The translations under genes and the position numbers were made by a program. A stretch of 64,000 nt of DNA. Origin: a virus. The DNA is taken from IMG/VR virus record IMGVR_UViG_3300035208_007100. One strand, written 5' to 3'. Under the pieces are notes generated by a model, which was not told the origin of the DNA, made no database searches, and worked only from the letters and a program-made list of their open reading frames with translations. Of the stretch, positions 9,814 to 18,584 are shown one piece after another (position 1 is the stretch's first letter; every line of letters starts with the position of its first letter).

Positions 9814-10161
9814 ATGGAGTGGCTGTTGGCGCATCTCGTAGGCACGTTCATTCTCCAGTCGGACGCCACGGCGACCAAGCGGCGGAGCAGCACGCCCTGG
9901 TGCGTGCTCTACACCCTGCTCTACCTGCTCCCGTTTGTGAGCCTGTATGCGGTCGGCGAGGCGGTGAAGGCCCCGTTGCAACTGGCTGCGATGGGCTTCA
10001 TGGCTTTCATCTTGGCCCGGTGGCCGGTGGCGGGCGGCTGGATGTCAATGAGCGGCAAGGATGACTTCCGCCGCGGGATCTTCGCACCGTGGAGCAGCGT
10101 CGTCGTGGACCAGACGCTGCACCTGTGTGCGATTTACGCGATTCTTCGCTGGGTGGGCTAA
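9814..10161 (+). CDS. DUF3307-like membrane protein
   Basis: LLAHLVGxFILQSD ... VDQTLH; several TM segments; AAGGAG RBS. Confidence 0.7.
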   Translation: MEWLLAHLVGTFILQSDATATKRRSSTPWCVLYTLLYLLPFVSLYAVGEAVKAPLQLAAMGFMAFILARWPVAGGWMSMSGKDDFRRGIFAPWSSVVVDQTLHLCAIYAILRWVG

Positions 10162-10173
10162 CCAGGGGCTATC

Positions 10174-11427
10174 GTGCCGGACGCAATCAGTGCTTACCTT
10201 CAGGAGCTAAAACGATCCCGCAAACTGAGCCGCGAGGAAGAGCTGTCGTTGTGGCTGCGATCTCGCGAAGGGGACCAGGAAGCGCTGACCGTACTGATGC
10301 TCTCGGTACGCCCCTGGGCGTTCAACATCGTCAAGAAGCGCGTGTTCGACTTGCCCACCGCGTCCAGTCTGGCCGACGAGGCCTGCATGCGGGCAATGAA
10401 GCTCTTCAATCCGGCCAAGGGAAGGCTCACCACCTACGTTAGTTGGTGGGCCTTCAACATCTCCAACCGGTTCGCCCGCACGCAGTCCACAGCGATCACA
10501 GTGCCTGTGGCGACGTTCACGGATGCCACGCGGGAGTTCTCTCGGCGAGCACGCGGCGCTTACTCGATCGACGAGACACGGGCGGGGACGTCCGGTGGCA
10601 GTTCGTGGAGCATGCACGACTTGCTTAGCCAAGGCACATCGGTGCTGGACGAAGTGATCGAGAATGAAGAGGACAACGAACGAAAGGCCCGCGAGCGTTA
10701 CTTGCAGTTTCTGTTGGACCAACTGGAGCCGCGTGACCGCCAAATCATGATCGGTCGGAAGACCCAGACACTGTTGCAGGTTGGCAAGGGTCTGGGGATT
10801 ACGCGCGAACGCGTACGGCAGCTGGAGATGCGTGCGATGGCACAGCTGTGTTGGCTTGGCAAGAAGTACCCCTATCGGTATACTGACTTCAAGGAAAAGG
10901 AGGAGTGTATGCCTGAATCCCCTTCGAGCTTTCCCGTCTTGCCGCCGGTCGCCGGAGGCCCGCCGCCTGCGCCCGATCTCCTGACGATGTTGGAGCAGGT
11001 GACGCTGCAGCAAGTGGATCGGGAGATCGACAAGTGTAATCACGAACTGGAAGCCGCCAAGACCGTGCACCATGGCCGGTTGGCCCAACTGCACGTGATT
11101 CGCAAAGCGGTAGTGGCTCGCACGGCCGCTGTGACGCCTCCACAGGCGAGGAGCGGCACGACGGTCGCAGGCATATTCAACGTGACCAAACGGAAGAAGC
11201 GCAACGGGCGGCCCACGAACGCTTCGCTTGTCGTCGAGTACCTGTTCTCCAACGGCCCGGCGACTACGACCGCAGTCGCCAAGGCCACGGGCATCCCAGT
11301 CAAGTCGGCCAGTGCCGTCCTGACCAACCGGCGGGACCTGTTCTGTCACAATACGGACGGCTACAGTCTGACACCGGCCCTGCGTAAGCAGCTTGCGGCC
11401 GAGCAAGGAGCAACCGATGCCGCGTGA
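10174..11427 (+). CDS. sigma-70 family RNA polymerase sigma factor with C-terminal extension (wHTH-like)
   Basis: region 1.2 AYLQELKRSRKLSREEE; region 2 FNPAKGRLTTYVSWW; region 4 TLLQVGKGLGITRERVRQLE. Confidence 0.85.
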   Translation: MPDAISAYLQELKRSRKLSREEELSLWLRSREGDQEALTVLMLSVRPWAFNIVKKRVFDLPTASSLADEACMRAMKLFNPAKGRLTTYVSWWAFNISNRFARTQSTAITVPVATFTDATREFSRRARGAYSIDETRAGTSGGSSWSMHDLLSQGTSVLDEVIENEEDNERKARERYLQFLLDQLEPRDRQIMIGRKTQTLLQVGKGLGITRERVRQLEMRAMAQLCWLGKKYPYRYTDFKEKEECMPESPSSFPVLPPVAGGPPPAPDLLTMLEQVTLQQVDREIDKCNHELEAAKTVHHGRLAQLHVIRKAVVARTAAVTPPQARSGTTVAGIFNVTKRKKRNGRPTNASLVVEYLFSNGPATTTAVAKATGIPVKSASAVLTNRRDLFCHNTDGYSLTPALRKQLAAEQGATDAA

Positions 11428-11713
11428 ACCAATTTCTTCGGCGGCGGGCGACGCTGACGTACACGGATCGCTGCGAGTCTCCATTGACGAGATGGCGGCC
11501 GCACAAGACCGGACCTACGCGCTACTGCACGAGCTGGCGAAGCGCGTGAACTTGGTCTGCAAGCCCAGTCCGGCCCCGGCCGACGCAGGCAAGGCAGACA
11601 ACACGCACCCGGCCAACATCTGCCCCGTGGCCGTGAAGGTGGTAGCCTGCCGGACTCGCGCCGAGGTCATGGAACAGGCGATCCGCGAGATCCTGGACCG
11701 GTTGGACATTTAA
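11417..11713 (+). CDS. hypothetical protein
   Basis: AAGGAG RBS. Confidence 0.6.
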   Translation: MPREPISSAAGDADVHGSLRVSIDEMAAAQDRTYALLHELAKRVNLVCKPSPAPADAGKADNTHPANICPVAVKVVACRTRAEVMEQAIREILDRLDI

Positions 11714-11714
11714 C

Positions 11715-12803
11715 ATGACGAGTGCTACGGGCGACCTGGTCTGCCTGGCCCCTTTTCTGTACCTGGGGCTCTGGCCGGATCGCTACACACCCTGCTGCAT
11801 CGGTTCGCTTCAGCCACGGGGCCCGTTTCCCGCGGTGCCCGCCGGGCCCTGGTTGGAGTCGCTCGACCCCGTGTGGAACTCCGAGTTCATGCAGCAGCGG
11901 CGTGTTCAGATTGCTCGTCGCGATGTCTCGCGATGTCCGCAGCTGTGTCCTTCCCGCAACGCGTTTGAGGCGGGCGGCCTGGTGGGCAATCTGGGACTGG
12001 AGCACCAGCAATCAGCGCAGATCCAGAACGACATTCGCGCAGCGGCCGCGGGTTGCGGCTACTTGAACCGGGCCCCTATCGACCTGACACTCTGCCTCGA
12101 CGCGACGTGCAACATGCGCTGCCGGATGTGTCGCGACTGGCCAATGCTGCAACCGGCCACTCCAGCAGCGCTCGACGACATGCTGGGGATTCTGCGCGGG
12201 GTTGTTCCACACGTGGGGAACGTCAACCTGGACAAGTCCGGGGAGTTGCTCTGCTCTCCCTTGTACCGTCGCGCGCTTCGCCGTTGCACAATCCCCGCCC
12301 ATGTGGACGTGTCGTTGTACACCAACGGCCACTTGTTCACGGAAGAGAATCTGGCTGACTGCGGCTTCGACAAACTGGGCCGCGTCTATCTGGGTTGCGA
12401 TGCGTGCACGGCGCAGACTTACGAGCAGTTGCGGATCGGTGCGTCGTTTACCGACCTACGGAAACGCCTGCCGTTGCTCACGAAGTGGCGGGAGGACAAG
12501 CGGCTGCGAGAGTTGATCTTCGTGTTTGTGGCCAACACTATCAACTTCCGCGAGATGCCTGCGTTCGTGACGATGGCCAAGGACTACGGGGCCACGGCAA
12601 TCGAATTCAAGCCCATGTTCGTGTTCGACAACGCGCCGCACCGGCTGGCCATGTTGGCCGCCGAACCGTGGCACGAGAAACATCCCCCGTTTCTGGAGGT
12701 GCTTCAAGATCCGCGGCTGGCCGATCCGATTGTACGCTGGACCGAGGGACTGTTCCCCGTGTACCGTCGCGCCCTGAGCATGCCGTCAAAGGACGTTCCG
12801 TGA
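11715..12803 (+). CDS. radical SAM protein with N-terminal Cys-rich (SPASM-like) segment
   Basis: CNMRCRMC; SGE; YTNG; N-terminal C..PCC..VWNS..CPQLCP. Confidence 0.85.
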   Translation: MTSATGDLVCLAPFLYLGLWPDRYTPCCIGSLQPRGPFPAVPAGPWLESLDPVWNSEFMQQRRVQIARRDVSRCPQLCPSRNAFEAGGLVGNLGLEHQQSAQIQNDIRAAAAGCGYLNRAPIDLTLCLDATCNMRCRMCRDWPMLQPATPAALDDMLGILRGVVPHVGNVNLDKSGELLCSPLYRRALRRCTIPAHVDVSLYTNGHLFTEENLADCGFDKLGRVYLGCDACTAQTYEQLRIGASFTDLRKRLPLLTKWREDKRLRELIFVFVANTINFREMPAFVTMAKDYGATAIEFKPMFVFDNAPHRLAMLAAEPWHEKHPPFLEVLQDPRLADPIVRWTEGLFPVYRRALSMPSKDVP

Positions 12804-13441
12804 GCACCCTGATTGCTGACGCGATCGACGAGATCCGTGATCTGTTGTTGGACTTTCCCACAACTGCGAAGGACCCCCTACAGTTGTTGCGGGATCTCGC
12901 AGCCTACGTGCCTCGACACGTGAGAGAGTCGCCGAGTCCGTCGATGGTGTTTCTTCATCCGGACACGATACTGACCTGCGGTATCGGCACAGAGATCCAG
13001 CCGTTCACGACGGTCTCCGGCCATGTTGTCTTGGGCGACGGCGTACACATCGGCAGCCATTGCTCGCTGCGCGGACCGCTGTTTTTGGGCAACCGGGTGC
13101 GGATTGGCAGCCGGATCGATGTGGCCCGGTCCTGCGTTCTGTCGAACACCCAGTGCTATCATCACTCGGACATTTTCGACTCGGTAATCGGCCGAGGGTG
13201 TTGGCTGGCCTATCTCCAGACGTACAACGTGCGCGCCGATCAGGCTCCCGTGCGTGTGCATTGGCCTGTCGGGGATGTGCACACACAAGGTGAGCACAAG
13301 TACGGGGCCACCATCGAGGACGACGTACAGCTCCCCGGGTTGCACATGTTGATGCCGGGCACGTATCTGGCCCCAGGCTACCGTTCTCTCGGTCCGGCCG
13401 TGGTCAGTGGCCACGGGGACAGCCGCTCGCTGGTGACGTGA
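12800..13441 (+). CDS. left-handed beta-helix (hexapeptide) acyltransferase-like protein
   Basis: hexapeptide repeats VVLGDGVHIG, LFLGNRVRIG, SVIGRGC, KYGATIEDDV. Confidence 0.7.
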   Translation: MSTLIADAIDEIRDLLLDFPTTAKDPLQLLRDLAAYVPRHVRESPSPSMVFLHPDTILTCGIGTEIQPFTTVSGHVVLGDGVHIGSHCSLRGPLFLGNRVRIGSRIDVARSCVLSNTQCYHHSDIFDSVIGRGCWLAYLQTYNVRADQAPVRVHWPVGDVHTQGEHKYGATIEDDVQLPGLHMLMPGTYLAPGYRSLGPAVVSGHGDSRSLVT

Positions 13442-14496
13442 TGGCCGAAGACGCGCTACTCTGTCTCATGCCGTTTCTCTGGTTGGAGACCCGTGCCGAC
13501 GTACACTCGCCATGCTGTCCTGCCTACCTGCGGCACCTCGGAAAACACACCCCGGGTGCTTCTCTGTTTGACGTTTGGAACTCTGCTTACATGCAGCAGC
13601 TTCGTGTCTGCATAGCCCAACAGCGGTTTCCATTGTGCCGCGAGTTTTGTCCACCGCGACTAGGCAGGCGAGCGGGGTGGGGACCGGGACGAGCAATGGT
13701 ACAGTCGCCCGAGGTTCGTGACGCAATTGTCCGTGCCTGCGCGGGCGACGGTACGATGGTCACCGGGCCACAAGGGCTGGCACTGTGCATGGATGTCAGC
13801 TGCAGTCTGCACTGTGTGTTTTGTCGCGACCGTCCTTATTACGTTGACGTGTCGAAAAGGAAAGTGGAAAGCATGGCTGCGTTTCTGCAAGAAGCGGAGC
13901 CGTGGATGCGACAACTGCGCATGGACGGTTGTGGCGAGGTGCTGTACTCCCCGTTCTACCGGGACTTGTTGGCCATCTGGAAAATTCCCAACACCGTGCG
14001 TCTGGAGCTGTTCACCAACGGGCACTACTTCACCGAAAACAACCTGGCGAGACTCGGATTGACGCGGATCGACCAGCTCTATGTGGGCTGCGACGCGTGC
14101 ACGGCTGAGGTGTATGCGAAGATCCGGCGGGGCGGTCACTTTGACCGACTGCCTGCCAAGTTTTCGGTGATGGCCGACTGGCGAAAAGCAGGGAAGATCA
14201 ATCGGCTGTGGTTCATCTTCGTCGTCAACGCGCTGAACTACGCGCAGATGCCGGACTACGTGCCCTTTGCCCGCCAGTACGGGGCCACGATGATCAGTTT
14301 CACTCCCATGCTCGGCGACGGCCCCGTGCGAGATTCGCTGCGCGTGCTCTCCCCGCAGCACCCGCAACACGCTGATCTCCTTCGGGTGCTGCGAAACCCC
14401 GTACTGCAGGCCCCGGATGTGGAGTTGCGAGGCATCGTAAGGGAGATGCGGCAAAAGGCGTTGGGAAAGCCGTTCATCGCTGCCGACACAGTCTGA
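13438..14496 (+). CDS. radical SAM protein, paralog of 11715-12803
   Basis: CSLHCVFC; shares TNGHxFTExNL, GCDACTA and YGAT with the paralog. Confidence 0.85.
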   Translation: MMAEDALLCLMPFLWLETRADVHSPCCPAYLRHLGKHTPGASLFDVWNSAYMQQLRVCIAQQRFPLCREFCPPRLGRRAGWGPGRAMVQSPEVRDAIVRACAGDGTMVTGPQGLALCMDVSCSLHCVFCRDRPYYVDVSKRKVESMAAFLQEAEPWMRQLRMDGCGEVLYSPFYRDLLAIWKIPNTVRLELFTNGHYFTENNLARLGLTRIDQLYVGCDACTAEVYAKIRRGGHFDRLPAKFSVMADWRKAGKINRLWFIFVVNALNYAQMPDYVPFARQYGATMISFTPMLGDGPVRDSLRVLSPQHPQHADLLRVLRNPVLQAPDVELRGIVREMRQKALGKPFIAADTV

Positions 14497-14557
14497 CTGG
14501 CTTTTACATCGTAGGGTCTTTGTGTTATAGGTACGGCTCCATAACGCGAGGAGAATC

Positions 14558-15166
14558 ATGGAGCAGCTGCGGATTTTGGTCATCGGAGCACACCCGGACG
14601 ACGTAGAGCTGGGGTGCGGCGCAACGATTCATCGCAGGGTCGCGAACGACACGGTTCGCTGCGTGACAATGAGCAACTGCAACCCGGGCTACCCCGCGAC
14701 GTTGCTCTACCATCCGCAGGCGGTTGCCTATCTGGGCGTGACGCAGCAAGAGATCCACACCATCCCCGATTGTGCTTTTGAGCAGCATCGGCAGGAGGTG
14801 CTGGCGATCTTGGAGGAGTGCGCGGCCGAGTTTCGGCCACATGCCGTGTTTGTCACCAGCCCTCGTGACGACCACCAGGACCACCAGACGTTGGCCAGAG
14901 AGGCTCGTCGTGCGTTTCGTCACACCACGCTGTTCTACTACAGCGCGATGTACTCGCAAGGCGCTGTTCCCAACTACTTTGTTGAGGTCAGTCTTGCCGA
15001 CGTGGAAGCAAAAGAGCAGGCTCTCGCGACCTACGCGAACTACCGCGACAGACCCTACTTTCAGCCCGAGTATCTGCGCAGCGTCCTGTCTTACCACGGG
15101 GGTCTCGTGGGTTGTCGCTTCGCGGAAGGCTTCACAGTAGATCGGCTCGTTCACCCTCTTACCTAG
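14558..15166 (+). CDS. PIG-L family deacetylase
   Basis: AHPDDVE, DDHQDH; GAGGAG RBS. Confidence 0.9.
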   Translation: MEQLRILVIGAHPDDVELGCGATIHRRVANDTVRCVTMSNCNPGYPATLLYHPQAVAYLGVTQQEIHTIPDCAFEQHRQEVLAILEECAAEFRPHAVFVTSPRDDHQDHQTLAREARRAFRHTTLFYYSAMYSQGAVPNYFVEVSLADVEAKEQALATYANYRDRPYFQPEYLRSVLSYHGGLVGCRFAEGFTVDRLVHPLT

Positions 15167-15179
15167 TTGGGAGTGCCTG

Positions 15180-16436
15180 ATGGCGGGCAAACTACGGATC
15201 GCAGCGCAGAAGCAGTGGGAGTTTCATCGCAGCGGCTGGAAGTACGCACTGGCAGCGCTGGATCCTTTGAAGAACGTGCAGGGCGTCCGTTTCGAGGGCA
15301 GCGTTGACGAGATTTTTGGATGGAGCCTGGAGCAGGCGGTCGCGGAGCGGAAAGTGCCAATCCACGAGGCGTGGATCGGTGTACTCCACCAGCCTCCGCA
15401 ACTGGCGCCTCCGTGGTACCCTGCACGGTCCAGCTTGACCAATATGCTGGGCTGCCCTGAGTTCATCGACAGCCTGGCTTCGTGTCAGGGCCTGCTCGTG
15501 CTGTCGCAGTACTTGGCCACCTGGCTGCGCACCGTGCTGCCTGCCGAGATCCGAGTTTCCGCCGTGGCGCATCCGACAGAGATCCCGGACAAGCTCTGGG
15601 AGGCTCGTCGCTTCTCTCGGCGGAAGGAGCGTCGGGTGGTGCAGTTGGGGCATCACCTGCGTCGCATGACGAGTATCACAAGGCTGGGACAGGTGGGGCT
15701 CACGAAGACCCTGCTCTGGTCTGGCGACTGGGCCCGCACTCTGTACGAGCGGGAGTGCGACTACTTGCGATGGCGGGAAGGGGCAGCACCCGATGCGCAG
15801 CGGGCTGGCGTGGAGTTTGTCGACTGGATGGACAACGACGCCTACGACCGGCTGCTCTCGGAATCCGTGGCCTTCACGGACCTCTATGACGCCTCCGCGA
15901 ACAACGCGGTCATTGAGTGCCTGGCGCGAGGTACGCCGCTGGTGGTGAATCACCATCCCGCCGTCGTGGAGTACCTGGGGAAAGACTATCCGCTCTACTT
16001 CACGAGCCTGAAAGAGGCAGCCAGCAAGCTGCAGGACACCAAGCTGTTGACGGCGGGTCACGACTACATGATGCACTGCAGCACACGCAAGCTGCTGTCG
16101 GCTGCGGCGTGGCGAAAGGCAGTAGAGCTGAGCGAGGTCTATCAGCAAGCGAAGCCGGTGCAGGTCGGTGAGTCGCCTGTGTCGTCCGACTGGGGCGGTG
16201 CGGCGAAAGGACCTGTCATCAAGTACGCGTTCTACGGCAGCGGTGCCAACTGGGTGGACGTCACGACGGAGCTGCGACGCATTCACGGGGAGAATCGTGA
16301 ATCGGTACTCGCCTCCAATCGACTGGCGGGCGATCCGTGCATTGGGAACGCCAAACGGCTGCTGATGTTGTACCAGGGCTCGCAGGGCGTGAAGCTTCGC
16401 GAAGTGCACGAAGGACAGGAGCTACCACTGCCGTGA
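15180..16436 (+). CDS. putative GT-B glycosyltransferase with C-terminal lectin-like domain
   Basis: HRSGW; DASANNAVIECLARGTP (GT-B acceptor-type motif); C-terminal AFYG..DVT..GDPC..KRL. Confidence 0.55.
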   Translation: MAGKLRIAAQKQWEFHRSGWKYALAALDPLKNVQGVRFEGSVDEIFGWSLEQAVAERKVPIHEAWIGVLHQPPQLAPPWYPARSSLTNMLGCPEFIDSLASCQGLLVLSQYLATWLRTVLPAEIRVSAVAHPTEIPDKLWEARRFSRRKERRVVQLGHHLRRMTSITRLGQVGLTKTLLWSGDWARTLYERECDYLRWREGAAPDAQRAGVEFVDWMDNDAYDRLLSESVAFTDLYDASANNAVIECLARGTPLVVNHHPAVVEYLGKDYPLYFTSLKEAASKLQDTKLLTAGHDYMMHCSTRKLLSAAAWRKAVELSEVYQQAKPVQVGESPVSSDWGGAAKGPVIKYAFYGSGANWVDVTTELRRIHGENRESVLASNRLAGDPCIGNAKRLLMLYQGSQGVKLREVHEGQELPLP

Positions 16437-16741
16437 GCACCACCGACATCTCTCTGGCGTGTCCCTATTGTGGTCTGATCCACGGCACTGTGTGCCCCCG
16501 GGTCAAGGCCATCGAGTACCATCCCGGCGGAACCATCAAACGTGTGGAGTTTCACGATGCACGGACTGCGACACCTCTCAATCCTGTTGTTGTGCGGACT
16601 TACAACGACCGTTGCCCTTTCAGCCGAGACGGGTGCCACTCGCCCCAGTTCTCCGACGGCAACGACTCCTGCCGTTGCCGCAACTGCGGGGAACAGCTCT
16701 ACCTCATCGACGGCATCGCCCGCCGCGACCCCGAAGACTGA
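16433..16741 (+). CDS. Cys-rich hypothetical protein
   Basis: GTGA overlap with the previous stop; CPYC..H..C; overlaps the next gene by about 185 nt. Confidence 0.45.
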   Translation: MSTTDISLACPYCGLIHGTVCPRVKAIEYHPGGTIKRVEFHDARTATPLNPVVVRTYNDRCPFSRDGCHSPQFSDGNDSCRCRNCGEQLYLIDGIARRDPED

Positions 16742-17402
16742 ACATCCGCTGCTGCCGATCCTGCGGTGGGCCGAGCAGTCCCTGCCCTACATCGCCAGCG
16801 TGCGGGACTACGCAGGTACGGCGTGCATCAACGAGGGCAGCAAGCCCCAGATGAGTGTGCAGTTCAAGGTGCGGCACCGGCCGATGGCCATCTACCTGCG
16901 GTACGAAGAGCCCGTCGACATGGTCGGGACCGAGGTCCTGTGGCGGGCTGACCTGGGCTCCAAGATGTGGGCTCACGAGCCCGGCCGACGTGGCTGGTGC
17001 GTGGAGATGAATTCGCCTCGCGTCACGGCGCGGACCAGCTTTCGCATCACCGACTTCGGCATCTACGCGATGACGCGGATCTTGTTGGCGGTCGGCAAGG
17101 GCGAGATACGGTGGCAGGACATTGCGGTGACCACCAAGGACTGCGACCTCGACGGTCACAAAGGTCAGCTGATCAGCATCCAGCATACCGCCTACGATCC
17201 TCGCCAGCACCTCTTCCGTGAAGCCATCCTGGCCATCGACACCGAGTGGCATCTGCCTGTGCACGCGGGGGTGTGGGCACGAGATTTTCGCACAGGCGCG
17301 GTTCAGACGGTGTATTGCTGCACGTTCAGTCAGCTCCGTGTGAACTCCGGTCTCACCGATGGTGACTTCGACCACCGCAATCCCCAGTACCGCTTTCGCT
17401 GA
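16557..17402 (+). CDS. DUF1571-family exported protein
   Basis: signal peptide; HPLxP, KVRHRP-IYL, GTEVLW, ITDFGI, ID-E--LP, LTDGDFDHRNPQYRF. Confidence 0.75.
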   Translation: MHGLRHLSILLLCGLTTTVALSAETGATRPSSPTATTPAVAATAGNSSTSSTASPAATPKTEHPLLPILRWAEQSLPYIASVRDYAGTACINEGSKPQMSVQFKVRHRPMAIYLRYEEPVDMVGTEVLWRADLGSKMWAHEPGRRGWCVEMNSPRVTARTSFRITDFGIYAMTRILLAVGKGEIRWQDIAVTTKDCDLDGHKGQLISIQHTAYDPRQHLFREAILAIDTEWHLPVHAGVWARDFRTGAVQTVYCCTFSQLRVNSGLTDGDFDHRNPQYRFR

Positions 17403-17404
17403 CC

Positions 17405-18328
17405 ATGTCTGGACGTTTTGCAATTACGACCCTGACGTCACGAGACCGACTGGTGGAGCTGCGCGCGACGGTCAGCAGCTTGCTGGAGCGGACCGCTTTG
17501 CCGGAGTGCACGTGGCACATCTTTGCCAATGGTTGCAGCGACGCCATCCAGCGGTACTTGCGGGGCTTGCGGGATGTTCCCGCGGTGCGATTTGAGATCG
17601 AGTACTGCACACGGAACCTGGGCTTTGGCCAGGGAAACAACATCCTCTGCCAAATGGCTCGCGGGCATCAGTATGTCCTGAACTTGGAGGACGACTGGGT
17701 CTGTCTGCTGCCAAGCGAAGCGGCGAAAAATCGAACCTGGCTGGAAGAGGTCCTGGCGTACCTGGATGCACGTCCCGCTGTTTCGCAGGTGTTGCTGCGG
17801 CGTTGTATGACGCCCTGCGAAGCCAGGCAGTTTCTCTTCAACCGTTGGACCCAGGAAATGGGTTCGCGGCCAGGCGAGATATTTCGCGGCCGGGAGTTCC
17901 ACTATCGTCGTCCTGTATGGACCTCCAACCCGCACGTGCGTCGGGACAGCGATCTGTGGGACGCCCGAGTCTTTCCCTTCGAGGCCTGCGACGAGCGCAA
18001 AGGCGAGGAGCAGTGGGGCACCACGGAAATAGCTGCGGACAAGCGTGCGAGTGCCTCCGGCCGTGTAGAGACACGGCATCTATGGCCCGGGGTGTTTGGT
18101 CATTGGGAGCATTGCCGCTCGTTCTTGCCGAACGACACGGCGGTGGAGGCGGCAAACTGGGCATCGCCCCTTGCTTGTCCGCGTCCCACCGCGGCCCCGT
18201 CCGTGTGCAAGTACCGATTCCACTCACAAGAACCCGAATTCTGCGCGTGCTGTGACCCGGCAAAGGGGTGGACTGACTACACAGCACACCAAGAGCGACT
18301 GTACATGGCCCTGGGGTTGCGAGTGTAG
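17405..18328 (+). CDS. GT2-like glycosyltransferase
   Basis: ANGCSD, NLGFGQGNN, LEDDW. Confidence 0.7.
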   Translation: MSGRFAITTLTSRDRLVELRATVSSLLERTALPECTWHIFANGCSDAIQRYLRGLRDVPAVRFEIEYCTRNLGFGQGNNILCQMARGHQYVLNLEDDWVCLLPSEAAKNRTWLEEVLAYLDARPAVSQVLLRRCMTPCEARQFLFNRWTQEMGSRPGEIFRGREFHYRRPVWTSNPHVRRDSDLWDARVFPFEACDERKGEEQWGTTEIAADKRASASGRVETRHLWPGVFGHWEHCRSFLPNDTAVEAANWASPLACPRPTAAPSVCKYRFHSQEPEFCACCDPAKGWTDYTAHQERLYMALGLRV

Positions 18329-18330
18329 TC

Positions 18331-18555
18331 ATGCCTGAGGAGTTCGATCCATTCTTCGAGCAGGCCTCCGTCGTACGGTCGATCCTGGCCAGTTGTCCCG
18401 CAGGCTCAAGGGGCGATGGTGATCTGTTTGACCAGCGACTGGCTGCGGCCGGATTTACGGAGACGCAGGTGCAGACGGTGCGATGGGTCATGGGCACTGT
18501 ATGCTCGCACTGCTGGGATGCAGACAATGGGTGTCACTGCACCCGCGACGACTGA
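18331..18555 (+). CDS. small hypothetical protein
   Basis: fills the gap; C-terminal CSHC..CHC. Confidence 0.55.
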   Translation: MPEEFDPFFEQASVVRSILASCPAGSRGDGDLFDQRLAAAGFTETQVQTVRWVMGTVCSHCWDADNGCHCTRDD

Positions 18556-18556
18556 A

Positions 18557-18578
18557 ATTACTTACGTGCGGAAAATTG
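18557..18578 (+). promoter_or_regulatory. copy 2 of recurring motif (ATTACTTACGTGCGGAAAATTG)
   Basis: intergenic; 21/22 identical to the copy at 35968. Confidence 0.6.
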
Positions 18579-18584
18579 ATCAAC

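Noticed and set aside
14503..14531. sigma70 promoter TTTACA-17bp-TATAGG
   Set aside because: The -10 lacks the conserved final T; plausible but too weak to list as a feature
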